NCBI RefSeq assembly: GCF_004010195.1
Contig: NC_057759.1
Span: 2,765,187-2,829,166, forward strand
DNA length: 63,980 bases
From: Chiloscyllium plagiosum
Lineage: Eukaryota
Reading direction: 5' to 3'
Shown: positions 24,956 to 37,489 of the stretch, in pieces
How the letters are laid out: every line of letters begins with the position of its first letter
Position numbering within the stretch: the stretch's first letter is position 1
Position numbers and translations under genes: made by a program
The notes under the pieces: generated by a model
Databases searched by the model: none
What the model saw: the letters and a program-made list of their open reading frames with translations, nothing else
Told to the model about the DNA's origin: nothing

Positions 24956-25778
24956 TGGAGGAGCTTGTGTTCAACTGGGGTGGATAAAGTTAAAAATCAC
25001 TCAACACCAGGTTATAATCCAACAGGTTGATTTGGAAGCACTAGCTTTTGGAGCACTGCTCCGTCATCGGGTAGCTGTGGTGAAGAATCATAAGACACAG
25101 AATTTATAGCAAAAGATTATAGTGTCATGCCACTGAAATGATATATTGAACAAACCTAGATTGCTGTTAACTCTTTCATCTTTTAGAATGGGTTGCATGT
25201 TTTGGTTCATTAATATGTAAATCTCAGAACTGCCTTCAAGTCACATTCTCAACGTAACTTAAGGTTTCATATGTTTTTTTTAAAAACGACATCTCAGCTC
25301 AGACAATGCATTAAAAGTGTCAGGTTTGAGTCTATCTGTATCCCAATCTTGAGTCAGACTGGTTCTATTTCCAAAGTAGGAATTTAAAATATATTACATG
25401 GAATGACTGTCTGCAGATGTTGTGCTTTTTGGGCAAAATAGAATGTATCTGCAAATACAACTCCAGTAAATGCAAATTCATCCCATAGACTTATATGTGT
25501 GTATGCATGCATGAGAGAGAGAGTGAGTGTTTGTGTTTGCTTGGTAAAGTGTGTGCGTGATGGAGTGTAAACCTGTGTGAGGGTGTGTGTGTGTGTGTCT
25601 GAGAGAGGGCACGTGTATGAGCGAGGTCTGTGTGACTGTGTGTATGGATATGTGCTTGTGTGTGTATGAGTGTGAGAGAGTGTATAGTATATTGAGGTCT
25701 GTGATGTGACATGAACCCAAGGTCCCTTTTGGAAGCCATCCTCATGGGTTCTGAACTTGGCTATCAGCCTCTGTTCAG
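24956..25778 (-). mobile_element. 5'-truncated Penelope-like element (paralog of 6193-7010) with 15-bp TSD
   Basis: AEQRLIAKFRTHEDG / KRDLGFMSH; CCACTAGAAATGATT at 24941-24955 and 25779-25793. Confidence 0.8.
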
Positions 25779-26390
25779 CCACTAGAAATGATTAAGCAGT
25801 TACACAACACAAATTGGAGAGGGCAGGGTGGGATTTGCAGAAGGTGGGAGACTCTGGATGCTGTGATCCAGGGCAAACACATGCTGGAGGACGTTCAGCT
25901 CAGAGAGGTAGAGCTGGAAGCCAGGCTGCAGACACGTTGCGGGGGAAATGGCGAAAGTTAACCAGACACTTTATTTCAGGAGATGGTCATTCCCCTCCAG
26001 ACAGAGCCTTTTGATTGGATCAGTGGACAGTATCAGGAGGGTGTGAGTGCGAGTCAGGCCGATAATAGGGATCTGAGAGAGAAATGCAGGGTGGAAGAGC
26101 TAACTGGCTGGCTGATGGGAGTAAAAAGCATGTTGGGCAGGGGGTGATGGTGGTAAAGGACAAAATATTGACAGGGATTGTCTCCATTCTCTGCAGTTGG
26201 CATAAGGAGGCCAGATGGCATTGGAGTCTGTCTGACGCAAGATTTGGGAACCAATGTGCTCAGGTCTAGAAAAGTGGAAAAGGGAGGTTGCTGTGGTGTG
26301 GTCCAACAATATCAGGACGATGGAGCTTCTGCTGAGGGCACATGAGAAGTTAGAAGCTACAAAGACAAAGCAGAGCCTCAAAGCTCTGAG

Positions 26391-26724
26391 CGACACGGTG
26401 GCTCACTGGTCAGCATCGCTGTCTGACAGCACCAGGGACCCGAGTTTGATTCCATTCCTCATGCCCCAGACTGTGTGGGCCTTAGCAAGTTGTGTCTGCG
26501 TGGGTTACCTCTGCATGCTCTGGTTTCTTCCCACAGTTCAAAAATTTGCAGTGCAGGAAGGATCGGCTGTGCTAAAGTGTCCAGGCATGTGCAGATTAAT
26601 GTGGATTAGTCATGGGGAACTGCAGAGCTGTTGGGTAAACAGATACGTCTGGGTGGGATGCTGTTCAGAAGGTTGGTGTGAATTCGATGGGCCAAAAAGC
26701 CTGCATAGACTATATGATTCTATA
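26391..26724 (+). mobile_element. HE1/V-SINE-like tRNA SINE
   Basis: A and B boxes, conserved core and tail; paralog of 7631-7938. Confidence 0.75.
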
Positions 26725-27404
26725 TTGAGAAATGATTGCCCCAAGTCTGCTGTGACACAGAGTAGATTCCAGTTCATGGGAAACTGACATCAGGCCTGGA
26801 GAAGGTGGGATTTGTGCTGTCTCTCCCCCATCCTCTGCCCACCCACCTGTTTATTCTGTATTCTCTCTCCCCCTCATTCTCTGCCCCCATTCTCTTATCC
26901 ACCACCATCTGACCACGCAGTGTTTCACTTCCCCACCACCCCTTGTCCCCAAGTCCTTCTCTGTCCACCTGTCCATTTTCTCTCCCTCTCTCCCACCACC
27001 ATCTGACTCTGTCCATTCTGTTTCCCTTCTCCCGCGCACACTACCCACCATCCTTTCTCATGCCTCAAGCCCTCTTTGATCACTATATCAAGTCCTTCTC
27101 AGAAGAGAAAGAAAATGGAATGGTGGTGACTCTACCTGGGAGACAAGGGTGCAATAGAAATGGCTGATATTTAAAAATGAGAGTACCTAAAATGTATGCA
27201 CAAGAATCAATAAAGTCTGAAAGCATGTTCAATTCCTTTAAAAATCTGCAGGCATCTTTCTGAAACTTGCATTGAAATATGCAGAGTTAGGCCACAATTG
27301 AGGACAGGCTGTAAGGGGTGAATGGTCTTTGCCTAGTCTTGTGAAATTGGTTCCGGCTATGTAGAAGTAGTGTCACAAGGTTGAGGAGAATGGAAACACA
27401 CATT

Positions 27405-28590
27405 TCGGTCTGTGCCAATCAGATATCCTAAATTAATCTAGTTCCATTTGCCTAAATTTGGTCCATAACCTTTGAAACCCTTCTTGCTCAGATATCCATC
27501 CTGACGCCTTTTAAATGTTGAAATTGTACCAGCCTCCACCACTTCCTCTGACAGCTCATTCCAAACACGTTCCACCCTCTGTGTGAAAAGGCTACCCCTT
27601 AAGTTCCTTTTAATTTTTTCGCCTTTCTTTCTCAACGATGCCCCTCCAGTTTTAGACTTCCTCTACCTTGGGGAAAAGACCTACGAAAGTTGAGCAAAGT
27701 GCAAAAGGAATAAAGACCCATACAGAACAGTTACGCAGTCATACAGCACAGAAACAGACCCTTCAGTCCAAATAGTCCGTGCTGACTATGTTCTCAGGCT
27801 AATCTAGTCCGACTTACCAGTGTTTGACCCATATCCCTCTGAGCTGTGCCTATTCATGTATTTATGCAATGTCTTTTAAATGTAATTGTATCTGCATCCA
27901 CCACTTCCTCTGGACATTCATTCCACACACAAACCACTCTCACTGTAAAAAGAAAGAACTGGCACTTCTCATGTCTTGTTAAAATATTTCTCCTCTCACC
28001 TTCAAAATTTGCCCCTTAATCTTGAAACTCCCATCCTCAGGAAAGACTGTTCACTTCACCTATAACCCTCCTGATTTTATAGACCTCTATAAGGTCACCT
28101 CTCAATTTCCTATGCTCCAGTGAAAAGAGTCCCAGCATATTCACCTAAATATAGGTATATTCAGATGATGTGTTCAATGCTGGTGAAGGCTCAAAAGACC
28201 AAATGCGCTCATTTCTCATATTGTGTCTAGGACAGCAAGAGACCATAAGACGTGGGAGCAGAAATGAAGCCATAGCTGGTAAGTTTCTCAACCACATTCT
28301 CCCGCTATCTCCCAATGACCCTCGATCCCCTCGACACTCGAACCTATCTATCTCAGTCTTAAATATACTCAGTGACCTAGCCTCCATAGCCTTTTGTGGC
28401 AACGAATTCCATAGATTTACAACTTTCTGGCTGAAGAAGGTTCTCCTTATCTCTGTTCTAAAAGGTCTTCCCTTTACTCTAAGACTGTGCTCTCGGGTAC
28501 TCGTCTTCCCTACCAATGGAAACATTTGCTCAATGTCCATTCTGTCGAGACTGCTCTGTATTCAGTCAATTTCAATTAGATCCCTCCTGA
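27405..28590 (-). mobile_element. CR1 3' fragments
   Basis: ORFs FTQRVERVWNELSEEVVEAGT and FFSQKVVNLWNSLPQK. Confidence 0.82.
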
Positions 28591-30196
28591 GAGCGGGCTG
28601 TTAATAAGCGTGAACCAGACCCTTCAGGATGAAACACAGCAGGGATAATGTCCAGCAAAGTGGGAATGGAGTGTGTGTTTGTGTGTGCTGGAGACTTTCA
28701 GCTGTTAGGGAATGATAGAGGAAAGAAAGTTTGATACAGCAGCTGAGTGAGTGATTGCATCTGGGATTTTGGTGAAAAGTGGGAATTCGTAATATTATGG
28801 GGATGAAGTGCTTTAAGGTTTACGGGCAGGAAATGAAGTTTTAGGTGGGTTTTTGTTTTAGCTGCTCATTTCTTTCAGCCTCCAACATTGTATGTCTAAT
28901 GCTGCGCATCAGAAGGAGCGGTGAATCAGTAACTGGTATTGTTAGAAACCATATGATTTTCAACACTGCAGGTTTCAATACTGCATTGTTTCATTGGAAT
29001 TGTAAAGTTTACTGGCGGCAGCGGGAAGTGTGGGCTGTTCTCACTAGGAACGATTAAGCAGTTAGGTAACACAAAAATGAGAGGGCAGGGTGGGATTTGT
29101 CTTTCAATTTGCAGACGGTGGGAGGTTCTGGGTGCTGTGATCCGGAGCAAACACAACTGTAGTAAATTATAGTAGTCCTACAGTGTGGAATCAGGCCATT
29201 CAGCCCATGAAGTCCACTCGGACCCCTATGAAGAGAATGCCAACCCACCGTCTCCTACGCTATCTGGTTGTTCCTGCTGGTGGGTGAGACTGGATGAGGG
29301 GACAGAGCTTCAAGGTTAGGGGGAATATATTTAGGATAGAGATGGGGAGGAATTGCTTTTCCCAGATAGCAGTGATTCTATGTAATTCTCTGCCAAAGGA
29401 AGCAATAGAGGCAGCTTCATTAAGTATATTCAAGACACAGTTGGATGGGCTTTTGCATGGTAGAGGAATTAAGGGTAGTCAGGATAATACTGTTAGGAGG
29501 AGCTTACACTGTGGATAGATCAGCGAATATCTTAATGAATGGATGAGCAGGCTCAACAGGCCAAATGGCCTACTCCTGCTTTGATTACTGTGAAACTATA
29601 ACCCTGTATTTCCTGCGTCCAACCCACCTAACCAACACATCCTTGGACAGTATGGGCAATTTAGCATCGCCAATCCAAATCAAGGCAGGTGAGCGAGTAG
29701 TGCTGTGGAAAATAAATGGCAGAGAATGATAAACAGAGACAAGGAGAATAAATGTACCAGCAATCAAAGCTGGATTCAAAAGATCACAAAAATTGAAACT
29801 AAAAGCTGTGATGTCCGAATGTGTGCTGCATCGTAACAAAAATGAATGAATTGACTGCACGAGTTAGAGAGACTAATTATGATCTGGGGCTTCAGGATGA
29901 CAAGGATTGGATCCTGAATATCGGGATATGTGGCAGCCTGTCCCAGCCTGTCAACCATCCAGATACAGAATGTCAGGGAAGAAAACAAGAAAAGTAAAAC
30001 AAAATAAAAGCACATTTGGTGTTTGTGGTTAATGTTTGTTCTTTAGAAAGTAAACCAGAAATAGGGGTCTCCCAGGATTCTCAAAAGTGCTCAACTTGAG
30101 GAACCCTCTGTCCTTAACATCTGAATATTAGTACCTTGCTCTGATTTATAACAATATTTACATCAACTGAAATAAAGCATCTGTTATCAAATAGAC

Positions 30197-30652
30197 ATAG
30201 AGATGTACAGCATGGAAATAAACTTCTCAATTCAATATATCCCTGCTGACAAGATATCCTATGCAAATTTACTTCCATTTGCCAGCATTTGGCTCATATC
30301 CCTCCAAACCCTTCCTATTAATACACTCATCCTGATACAATTGTAACATTTAAAAGGCATCAGCGTCCACCACTGGCAGCTCATTCCATATATTCGCCAC
30401 CATCTGCGTGAAAGATTTGACCCTTAGGTCCCTGTAAAATCTGTTCACTTTCACCCTAAACCAATGCCCTCTGGATTTGGCACGCCTACCCTGGGGAAAA
30501 GACCTTTCCTATTTTGCATCCATGCCTCTCATGATTTTATAAACCTCGGAGGTCACCCTTCAGCCTCCGCTCCAGGGGAAACAGCACCAGCGTATTCAGC
30601 CTCTCCCTGTAGGTCAAATCTTCTAACCCTGGCAACATCCTTGTAAATCATT
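30197..30652 (-). mobile_element. CR1 3' fragment at the end of the duplicated block
   Basis: Reverse of FTRMLPGLE...GLFPLE..LRGD...WNELP plus 3'UTR. Confidence 0.8.
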
Positions 30653-30860
30653 TGAATTGAATTGAATAAATTGAATTGAATTTATTGTCACGTATACTGA
30701 GGCACAGTGAAAAGATTTGTCTTGCGTGCAATACAGGCAGATCACATTGTTAAATAGCATAGATAAGTTTTAAGCAAAGGAAATAGCAGCAAAACAAAAA
30801 CACAGGTACAGGCGAATGCTAAGATTTTGTGAGTCCATTCAATATTCTAACGACGGTGGG
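30653..30860 (-). mobile_element. Non-LTR retrotransposon 3' end with (CAATT)n tail, possibly Rex1/Babar-like
   Basis: (GAATT)n followed by TTTATTGTCAC, which is AATAAA plus a short-repeat tail on the minus strand. Clade assignment is from recollection only. Confidence 0.45.
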
Positions 30861-30864
30861 GTAC

Positions 30865-31430
30865 ATAGTTCCTTGAAAGTTCAATCACATGTCAGCTGGA
30901 AAATGAAGAAGCCGTTTGGCACATTTACCTTCATTAGTGTTGAGTGTAGGAGTTATAATATCATATTATAGCTGCGCAAGTATTGGTGAGACCACTTTTG
31001 ACGTACTGCATACAATTCCAGTAACTTATGTTATGGAAAAAAATAAGTTGCAAAAAAAGATTTGCAATGACGTTACCAAAACTGGAAGGTTTGAGTTATA
31101 AGTAGAGACTGGAAAGATAGGGACGTTTTTCATGAGGGCTTGAGAAGGTGAATAGCCAATGTTCTTTTCTCCGTGTAGGGGTGTTTAAAACTGGAAGGTA
31201 GAAGTCTAAGGTGAGAGGTAAAGATTTAAAAGGAACCAAATGGCCAGTTCTTTATTCACGCAGCAGGTGATGCATATTTAGAAATGAGATAAAAGAGGAA
31301 GTGATAGAGGGTGTACAATTATAACGTTTCAAATGCATTTGGATCTGTGCAAGGATTGGAAAAGTTGAGAAGAATATGGGCCAAATGCACGCAAATGGGA
31401 TAAGTCAGTTGAGAAAACCTAGTTGTCGTG
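30865..31430 (+). mobile_element. Old CR1 3' fragment
   Basis: Degenerate match to 48914-49605 (CCTTGAAAGT..., TTGGTGAGACCAC..., ATATGGGCCAAATGC). Confidence 0.7.
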
Positions 31431-32759
31431 GACAGCCCCATCGTCTCCAGGGCATTTAGGAATGGCCAAATGAAACTGAATCACCCAGCATCACCCTCAT
31501 CCTATGGATGGACGAGAAAACCTCCAGAAATGTCCCAGGTAGAATGTGGTACAATAGAAATAGAAATACCATTTAGTTGTTTAAAGAATATGTTGTGTTA
31601 ACTGATATTTTTAATGAGGGAAATCGCTACATTAGCTTTAAAAGACAACTTATATCCACTATGTCAGAGAACGGTAGCAACATCAGGCTTGAGTGTAAGG
31701 TATTGATTAAAGAGAAGAGAAAATTACCATGTCAAAATGCTCAAATAAATGCAATGTACGTTTGGTTCTGCAAACTGAATATTAAAAGAACACACCCAAA
31801 ATGCTGAAGAATATCAGCAGGTCTGGCAGCACCCGTGGAAAGAGAGACTTAGTTAATGCTTTGAGTTCGATAAGACTCTTCCTCACAACCGCGGTGAAAG
31901 CTAACCACAATGCTAATTAAGTATCTGATTAAATGAGAAATTCATCATATTGAGCAAAGATTGATACATAAGCTCAGGGATATCAATCACCAGGTCCTCA
32001 TTGAAAAAGGTTTCCTCATTCTATTTAAGAAAGAAGTAAAGAACATTTCAACCTATCCTCATCTGAGAAAATTGACAATAAGAAAATGTAATGAAACGAT
32101 CTTGCACAGACATTTGACAACATAGGAATTCAGATCAGCCATAAGAGTCAATTAGATATTTATCATGTGCCTCTGAAACCAATAATCAGTAAGGCCAACC
32201 TGAATGAGATGGAACTATTGATCTTGGTGCGGGTTGAGATTTGGAAAATTGTGATGAAGCAATAGTTGTGTTGACCAAGGCACCAGGGAAGTTTAGTGTT
32301 GTCCTGCTTCTAATCGACTTTGGAGAGGCCTTGCACCATTAGAGCGAGATAGCAATCTGGGGTATACTGGTGCCGTCTAAACTCGACAGGTAAACCAAAG
32401 CCATCATATATCCAGGCCTGCTTTTATACCGTGAAGTTCCAAATATACCACACTTATTGGTTGAAATCCGAAATGAACAAATTAACATTGGAATTTGAGT
32501 TTAAATCAGATACGCATTTAGTGGGGAGCAGAGGAATGTTGGCCTTCATTTCAAATGCACTGAAGTCGAAAAATAAGCAAACGTACAGGGCCACGCTAAT
32601 GAGACCATATTTGGAACGTTGTGAAAGTTTGTGCGTTTGTTACATAAGAAAAATACGTTATAATTGGACTTATGCCTCTTATCCAAAAGGCAAGTAGAAA
32701 TCGAATTCAGCCAGCTAACTGAGCTAACCGGTTCTTCCAGTGAACACACTGCAGGTAGA

Positions 32760-33150
32760 ACAGTCAATGGCGGCCTGGCTATTCAGAATGCCAATCGATA
32801 ATATCTGTTCCATAGTCACAGAACAGAAAGATGCACGCAGGATCAGTACCGTGTTTGAGTGTAGCACGCGCGGCGCGAGTCACAGCGAAGAAGGCATGTT
32901 GTGTCATGCGGCTCCCGGACCGTTAACAATCCGGGAGGACGATGGGGGCGTTGGATTCGGTGGATGAACAGAAAGGCTTCATAAAGATGTGAAGTAAGCT
33001 GCAAACATCAATGTGATTTCCTTATGTCTTGTTTTGTCGCCATTGGCGAAGTTCAAACTATACTTCACTGTCGGTATCTTGTTTGGGAACAATGGGCGGT
33101 AGGGCGCAGGCGCGGTGGTAATGTTTGCTGGGGAGTAGGTTAACGGTGCC
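32760..33150. promoter_or_regulatory. Small CpG-rich patch, candidate promoter or first exon
   Basis: GCACGCGCGGCGCG (~32864), GGGCGG (33094), GCGCAGGCGC (33104) and donor-like GAA|GTAAGC (32994) in an AT-rich context. Confidence 0.35.
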
Positions 33151-33169
33151 GACATGTTTTTAGGAGAAA

Positions 33170-34585
33170 TATTGTTGATGACTGCGAGGAGTTTTCTACC
33201 AATTTCTTAGAATGGGGATAACTTCTCCATAAAGCAAATTTGTGATTTGAGCATGGTACGAGTGGGCAGATGCATAGTTGAAAAAGTATGATGTGGATAA
33301 ATTTCAAGTCTTCAACTTAGTAACAAAAACAGCAAACCAATTTATTATCTTCCCAAATATTAACTGGAGTAGTCATAGTATGAAAGGTTTAGATGAAGCG
33401 GAAATCTTGGCGTGTGTCCAAGGCAGCTTTTCAAAGTGAGTATGAGCAAGGCCCGACAAGACAAGGGGCAGTATTGGACCTTATGTTTTGTAATGAAGCT
33501 GAGCAACTCTTTGAAATATCAATGGGGGAGTAATTTTAGACCACAATCAGAACTCAGTTATATTCAAGGTTGCGATGTATAAAGTTGGGCATGAATTAAA
33601 AATTCTTAACTGGTGGAAGGTCAAATGTGATTTAGCCAGAGGAGACTGAATATCAAATCTGTGGGATAGATTGAAGAAGCACATCTGGAGAGTTCCAATG
33701 AAGCCAAATGATGAGAACAATAAATTATATGAAGCCTGTATTTGCAGAATTAGATAAAAAGAAAATTAGTCATTTAGAAAGTAGTGAAGTTTCAAGACAA
33801 CAGAAGCGCAAGAGAAGTACCCAATGTGGAAGGGATAACTTGAAAAGGAAATTACAGCAAAACAGGGGCATGAATGGATTATGACAGTTCAAAGAAAGAA
33901 AAGTAGCAAGTTACTTTACAAGTACCTTTACAGTGAAAGGATAACCAGAGTAAGAAGATGGTCTCTTGAAGGACCACAGCTATACTTTATAGCAAGGGGT
34001 CACAGATGAAGGTCATGAGGAAACCATTTAGTTCTGAGGTAACGAGAAATTTCTTCCCACAGGGAGTGGTCAACCTGTGCAATTTGCTACTACAGAAAAC
34101 AGTCAAGGGCAAACATTGTGTGGTTTCAAAAGGAGTTAGATATTGCATTTGGCTGAAGGAATCAAAGCAAGTGAGAGGAAAAGCAAGAACTTGCTATTTG
34201 AGGTGGGTGATCAGCCATGATCATACTGATTAGCAGAGCAATCAGAAAGGGCTTAATGGCCCACTCCTACTCTCATTCTCTAGATTTTTACAGACACTGT
34301 GGTCAGGAAGAAACCTCTCCCCTCGGTGGAGGAATGAATGACCAGGGTGCATAGATTAAGGTAAGGGACACAAAGGTTTACAAAGAATGGGAGAAAGCTT
34401 TTTCACAAGAAGGTGGTAGGAAACGAGAATTCACTGCCTGTGAAGTGATTTGGGTCAAAGGCCAAGGCGTACAAGATTCTGGGCCAGTGTTGGAAAATAG
34501 GAGGAGAACAGTTAGGTGGTTGTTTCTGACTGGCACAGCCTCAATGGGCTGAAGGGCCTCTTTCCGTGTTTGTAGATCTGTTTGT
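33170..34585 (+). mobile_element. Old CR1 ORF2 fragments
   Basis: Degenerate PTRQGAVLDL endonuclease remnant at ~33450 and NFFPQGVVNLCNLL C-terminus with 3'UTRs. Confidence 0.7.
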
Positions 34586-35777
34586 ATTAGCTTGTACACT
34601 TCTATCACCCCGCCATATCCTTTAGAATAATTAGTTATCCAAATTTAACCAAGTAACTGAAATTCCCGAACCACAAACCACTCTGATAAAAGCTATGTCC
34701 ACCATCTTAGAGCATCTCCCATCTTTCAGAATGTGGGAGTGATCACTAGATTTTACAGACCCCAGAATTCTGTGTTTGTGGCTGTGCTGTCATCACACAC
34801 TGACACTTGCAAGGTGACATTACCCACTCCCCAAGTGATTACCTCAAATGTGGGATATTCTGAGTCTAGTGGTTCTGAAATCTTTACGATGGAGGCTCCA
34901 GTGGGAGGTTTCACATTGTAAATGGCGAAATTGTTGAAGTGGTGAGTAGTTTTGACCATTTTTCTACAGGTTTGAGCTTTTTTTTTGCATTGCCAGTTAT
35001 CTGTGAGAGTTTCCATATCTGAAGCTGGTGTAATTCCTTTACTGTAGATCTGAATCCATGTCTATCCATTGCTCTGTTTCACCTCCCCATCCTGATCAGT
35101 TCTCTACAAAATGTCTAACCTCCTCTGTTTCATATTGCAGCGCTTGTTTGCTAAATCTGTGAGTTTCTAACATTGCCATCTTCTAACTATGAGCTGCTGA
35201 CGTATCATCTTCCCTCGGTACCTCTCACTGTCAGGAGTTATGCAATCATAGAATCATGCAATTTCGAAGTTGCAATTTGATCCATCGAGTCTACACCAAC
35301 AAAATTAATTGCCCCATACTAATCTCACTTTCCAACACTTGGTACATCGTCTTAAGTGTTATGACATTCCAAGTGCTCAGACAAGTGCTTATTAAATGTT
35401 GCGAGGTTTCCTGCTGTAGTTACTAGCCCATGCTGTCCATTCGAGATACCTAAACCCATCTGAGTGAAAAAAAAGTTCATCGAATTTTCTCCAACTGTCT
35501 TATCTCTCTGCTTGAAATGATTTCCTATTAAGCCTTCAGGTAACAGGAACAGCTGGTTTATATCCACCTCATCCATGCACCTCATGGTCTTATAGGAACT
35601 GGACGAGGCCATTCGGCCCTTTAATCCTCTCCCACCATTCAATGAGATCAAGACTGATCTGAAAGTTTCCACGTACCTGCCTTTAGGAGAAAGTGAGAAC
35701 TGCAGATGTTGGAGATCAGAGCTGAAAATGTGTTGCTGGAAAAGCGCAGCAGGCCAGGCAGCATCCAAGGCGCAGGA

Positions 35778-35815
35778 GAATCGACGTTTCGGGCATGAGC
35801 CCTTCTTCAGGAATG
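35778..35815 (-). ncRNA. Minimal type-I hammerhead ribozyme motif (mirror copy)
   Basis: Minus strand reads CATTC-CTGAAGA-A-GGGC-TCAT-GCCC-GAAA-CGTC-GATTC. Confidence 0.72.
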
Positions 35816-35820
35816 AGCCT

Positions 35821-35858
35821 CATTCCTGAAGAAGGGTTCATGCCCGAAACGTCGATTC
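35821..35858 (+). ncRNA. Minimal type-I hammerhead ribozyme motif
   Basis: CTGAAGA (35826-32), A, GGGT-TCAT-GCCC, GAAA, CGTC; predicted cut after 35853. Confidence 0.7.
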
Positions 35859-37489
35859 TCCTGCTCCTTGGATGCTGCCTGGCCTGCTGCGCTTTCCCAG
35901 CAACACATTTTCAGCACGTACCTGCCTTTGGCTGGTCCACTTAATGCCTTGGCATAACAAATTTTATATATGTGTGATTGAAAGTTAACAGCTGATCCAG
36001 CATCCACTGCCATTCGTAGAGGAGAGTTCCAAGCACCCTTTGTGTATATAACTGCTTCCTAATATCTCTCTTGTTGGCGTGGAACTTGTTCTGGAATGCC
36101 CAACTAATGGAAATATGGTAGATAAAGATAAACTGTCTTTTTCTGTGAACATTAATAAATGAATTTGATCATATAATCTTCTAACCTTCTAAAATTTGGA
36201 GAAAACGTGTCTAATTTCTATAAATTCTCTTCATATCTTAAGCACTGTAGTAAAAGTGTCGTTCTTGTGAGGCTACATCATACTCTGTCCAGTACCTAAC
36301 ATATGCCTTCTCAGGTGTGGTGCCTATATCTGCTCTCAATACTCCCAGTATAGACTTAAAAGGATCTTGATCGATCCTTTTTCAGTCCAAAATGGATGAC
36401 ATTGACTTCCCGACAATGAGATCCATCTGCTGCAGGTTAACACATTCACTTTGTCTATCACCATACCATGATGATTTTATGCAGTTATCTACACTGTCTT
36501 CAGTGCCTTCTGACATGTGTCATCAGCAATTTTCATATATGACTTCCTATGTCATTATCCAAGTTAATGAATAATGCAAATGATTGAGACACTAACACAG
36601 ATCCATTTGGGACACTACTGGTCAAATTCTGTTAATTTGAAATCCTACCCATTATCCTTATTTTCTGTCACCTGCCACTCAAACAATTTCCCAGCCATGT
36701 CAGTAATTTGCCCTCAACATCTGAGGCTGCAGCCTTTCATAGACACCGAGCTGTGCTCACGCACACACACATTCTTTTCTAACTCATTAATTATATCATA
36801 GAAGTAAGAACCCCAGCACCGATCCCTGTCGTACACCATTGAACAGCAGCCTCCAGTCACACAGTCTTCTATCACATCCCTCTGTTTGCTGCAAATAAGC
36901 TAATTCTGGATCCAACATGCCATGTTACCCCGAGAGCCATGTTATTTTTCCCTCATAATATTTGTCTTCCATTTTGCTCCTTGTCAGAAGCTTTGCTGAA
37001 ATACATTCCGAACACTTGGTCATCTCCTTGAAAGAATTCACCAGATTTGTTCAGCATTTGTTCTGACGGAGCCTCGCTGACTATCCTTGATCAAAGCTTG
37101 CCTCTTCGAGTGGAGACCAATGCTGTCCTTCAGAACTGTCGTCAGTCGTTTCCCTGATGTAATAGTACCACTGAGGTAAACACACTAGTCTGTAATTCCT
37201 GATATATATCTGTTCATATTCTTGAAAAGTAGAAGCACGTTAGCTGTCCTCAGTCCTCTGGCATCTCCCCTATGTTCAGAAAAGTAATTAGGAGATTCAG
37301 TTAGAGGCCTGGTAATTTGCACCCTCACCTCCCACAGCAGCGTGGGATCCAACTGACCAAGATCTGGGGATGTGCCCACTTGTAAACCTTCCGAAATCTC
37401 TGTTACCTCCCCATTCACTATTTCAATCTACTCAACGACAACGTATTCCTTCCTCCAGAATTCTGCACCTGCGTCCTTGTTGAACCAGT

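Larger units (their letters stand above)
14428..30196. repeat. Segmental duplication unit 2, containing the internal duplication 16077-19821 / 19822-23869
   Basis: Collinear with 1-12863; the internal block recurs with reciprocal 430-bp and 127-bp deletions. Confidence 0.9.
35685..35915. mobile_element. Palindromic Penelope-terminus mini-element with 15-bp TSD
   Basis: 97-bp arms 35721-35817 / 35819-35915 (3 mismatches, 1-nt loop) and a 36-nt unpaired tail. CACGTACCTGCCTTT at 35670-35684 and 35915-35929. Confidence 0.92.
35245..37480 (-). mobile_element. Stacked old CR1 fragments (host of the palindromic insertion)
   Basis: NFFFTQMGLGISN, ANVLLLFK and GVRQGSVLG-like remnants; CR1 3'UTRs at ~35245 and ~35590. 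Confidence 0.7.

Noticed and set aside
35721..35915. miRNA precursor or DNA-transposon MITE interpretation
   Set aside because: The arms match the 3' terminus of a GIY-YIG Penelope element; the one-sided tail and 15-16-bp TSDs fit a retroelement origin better.
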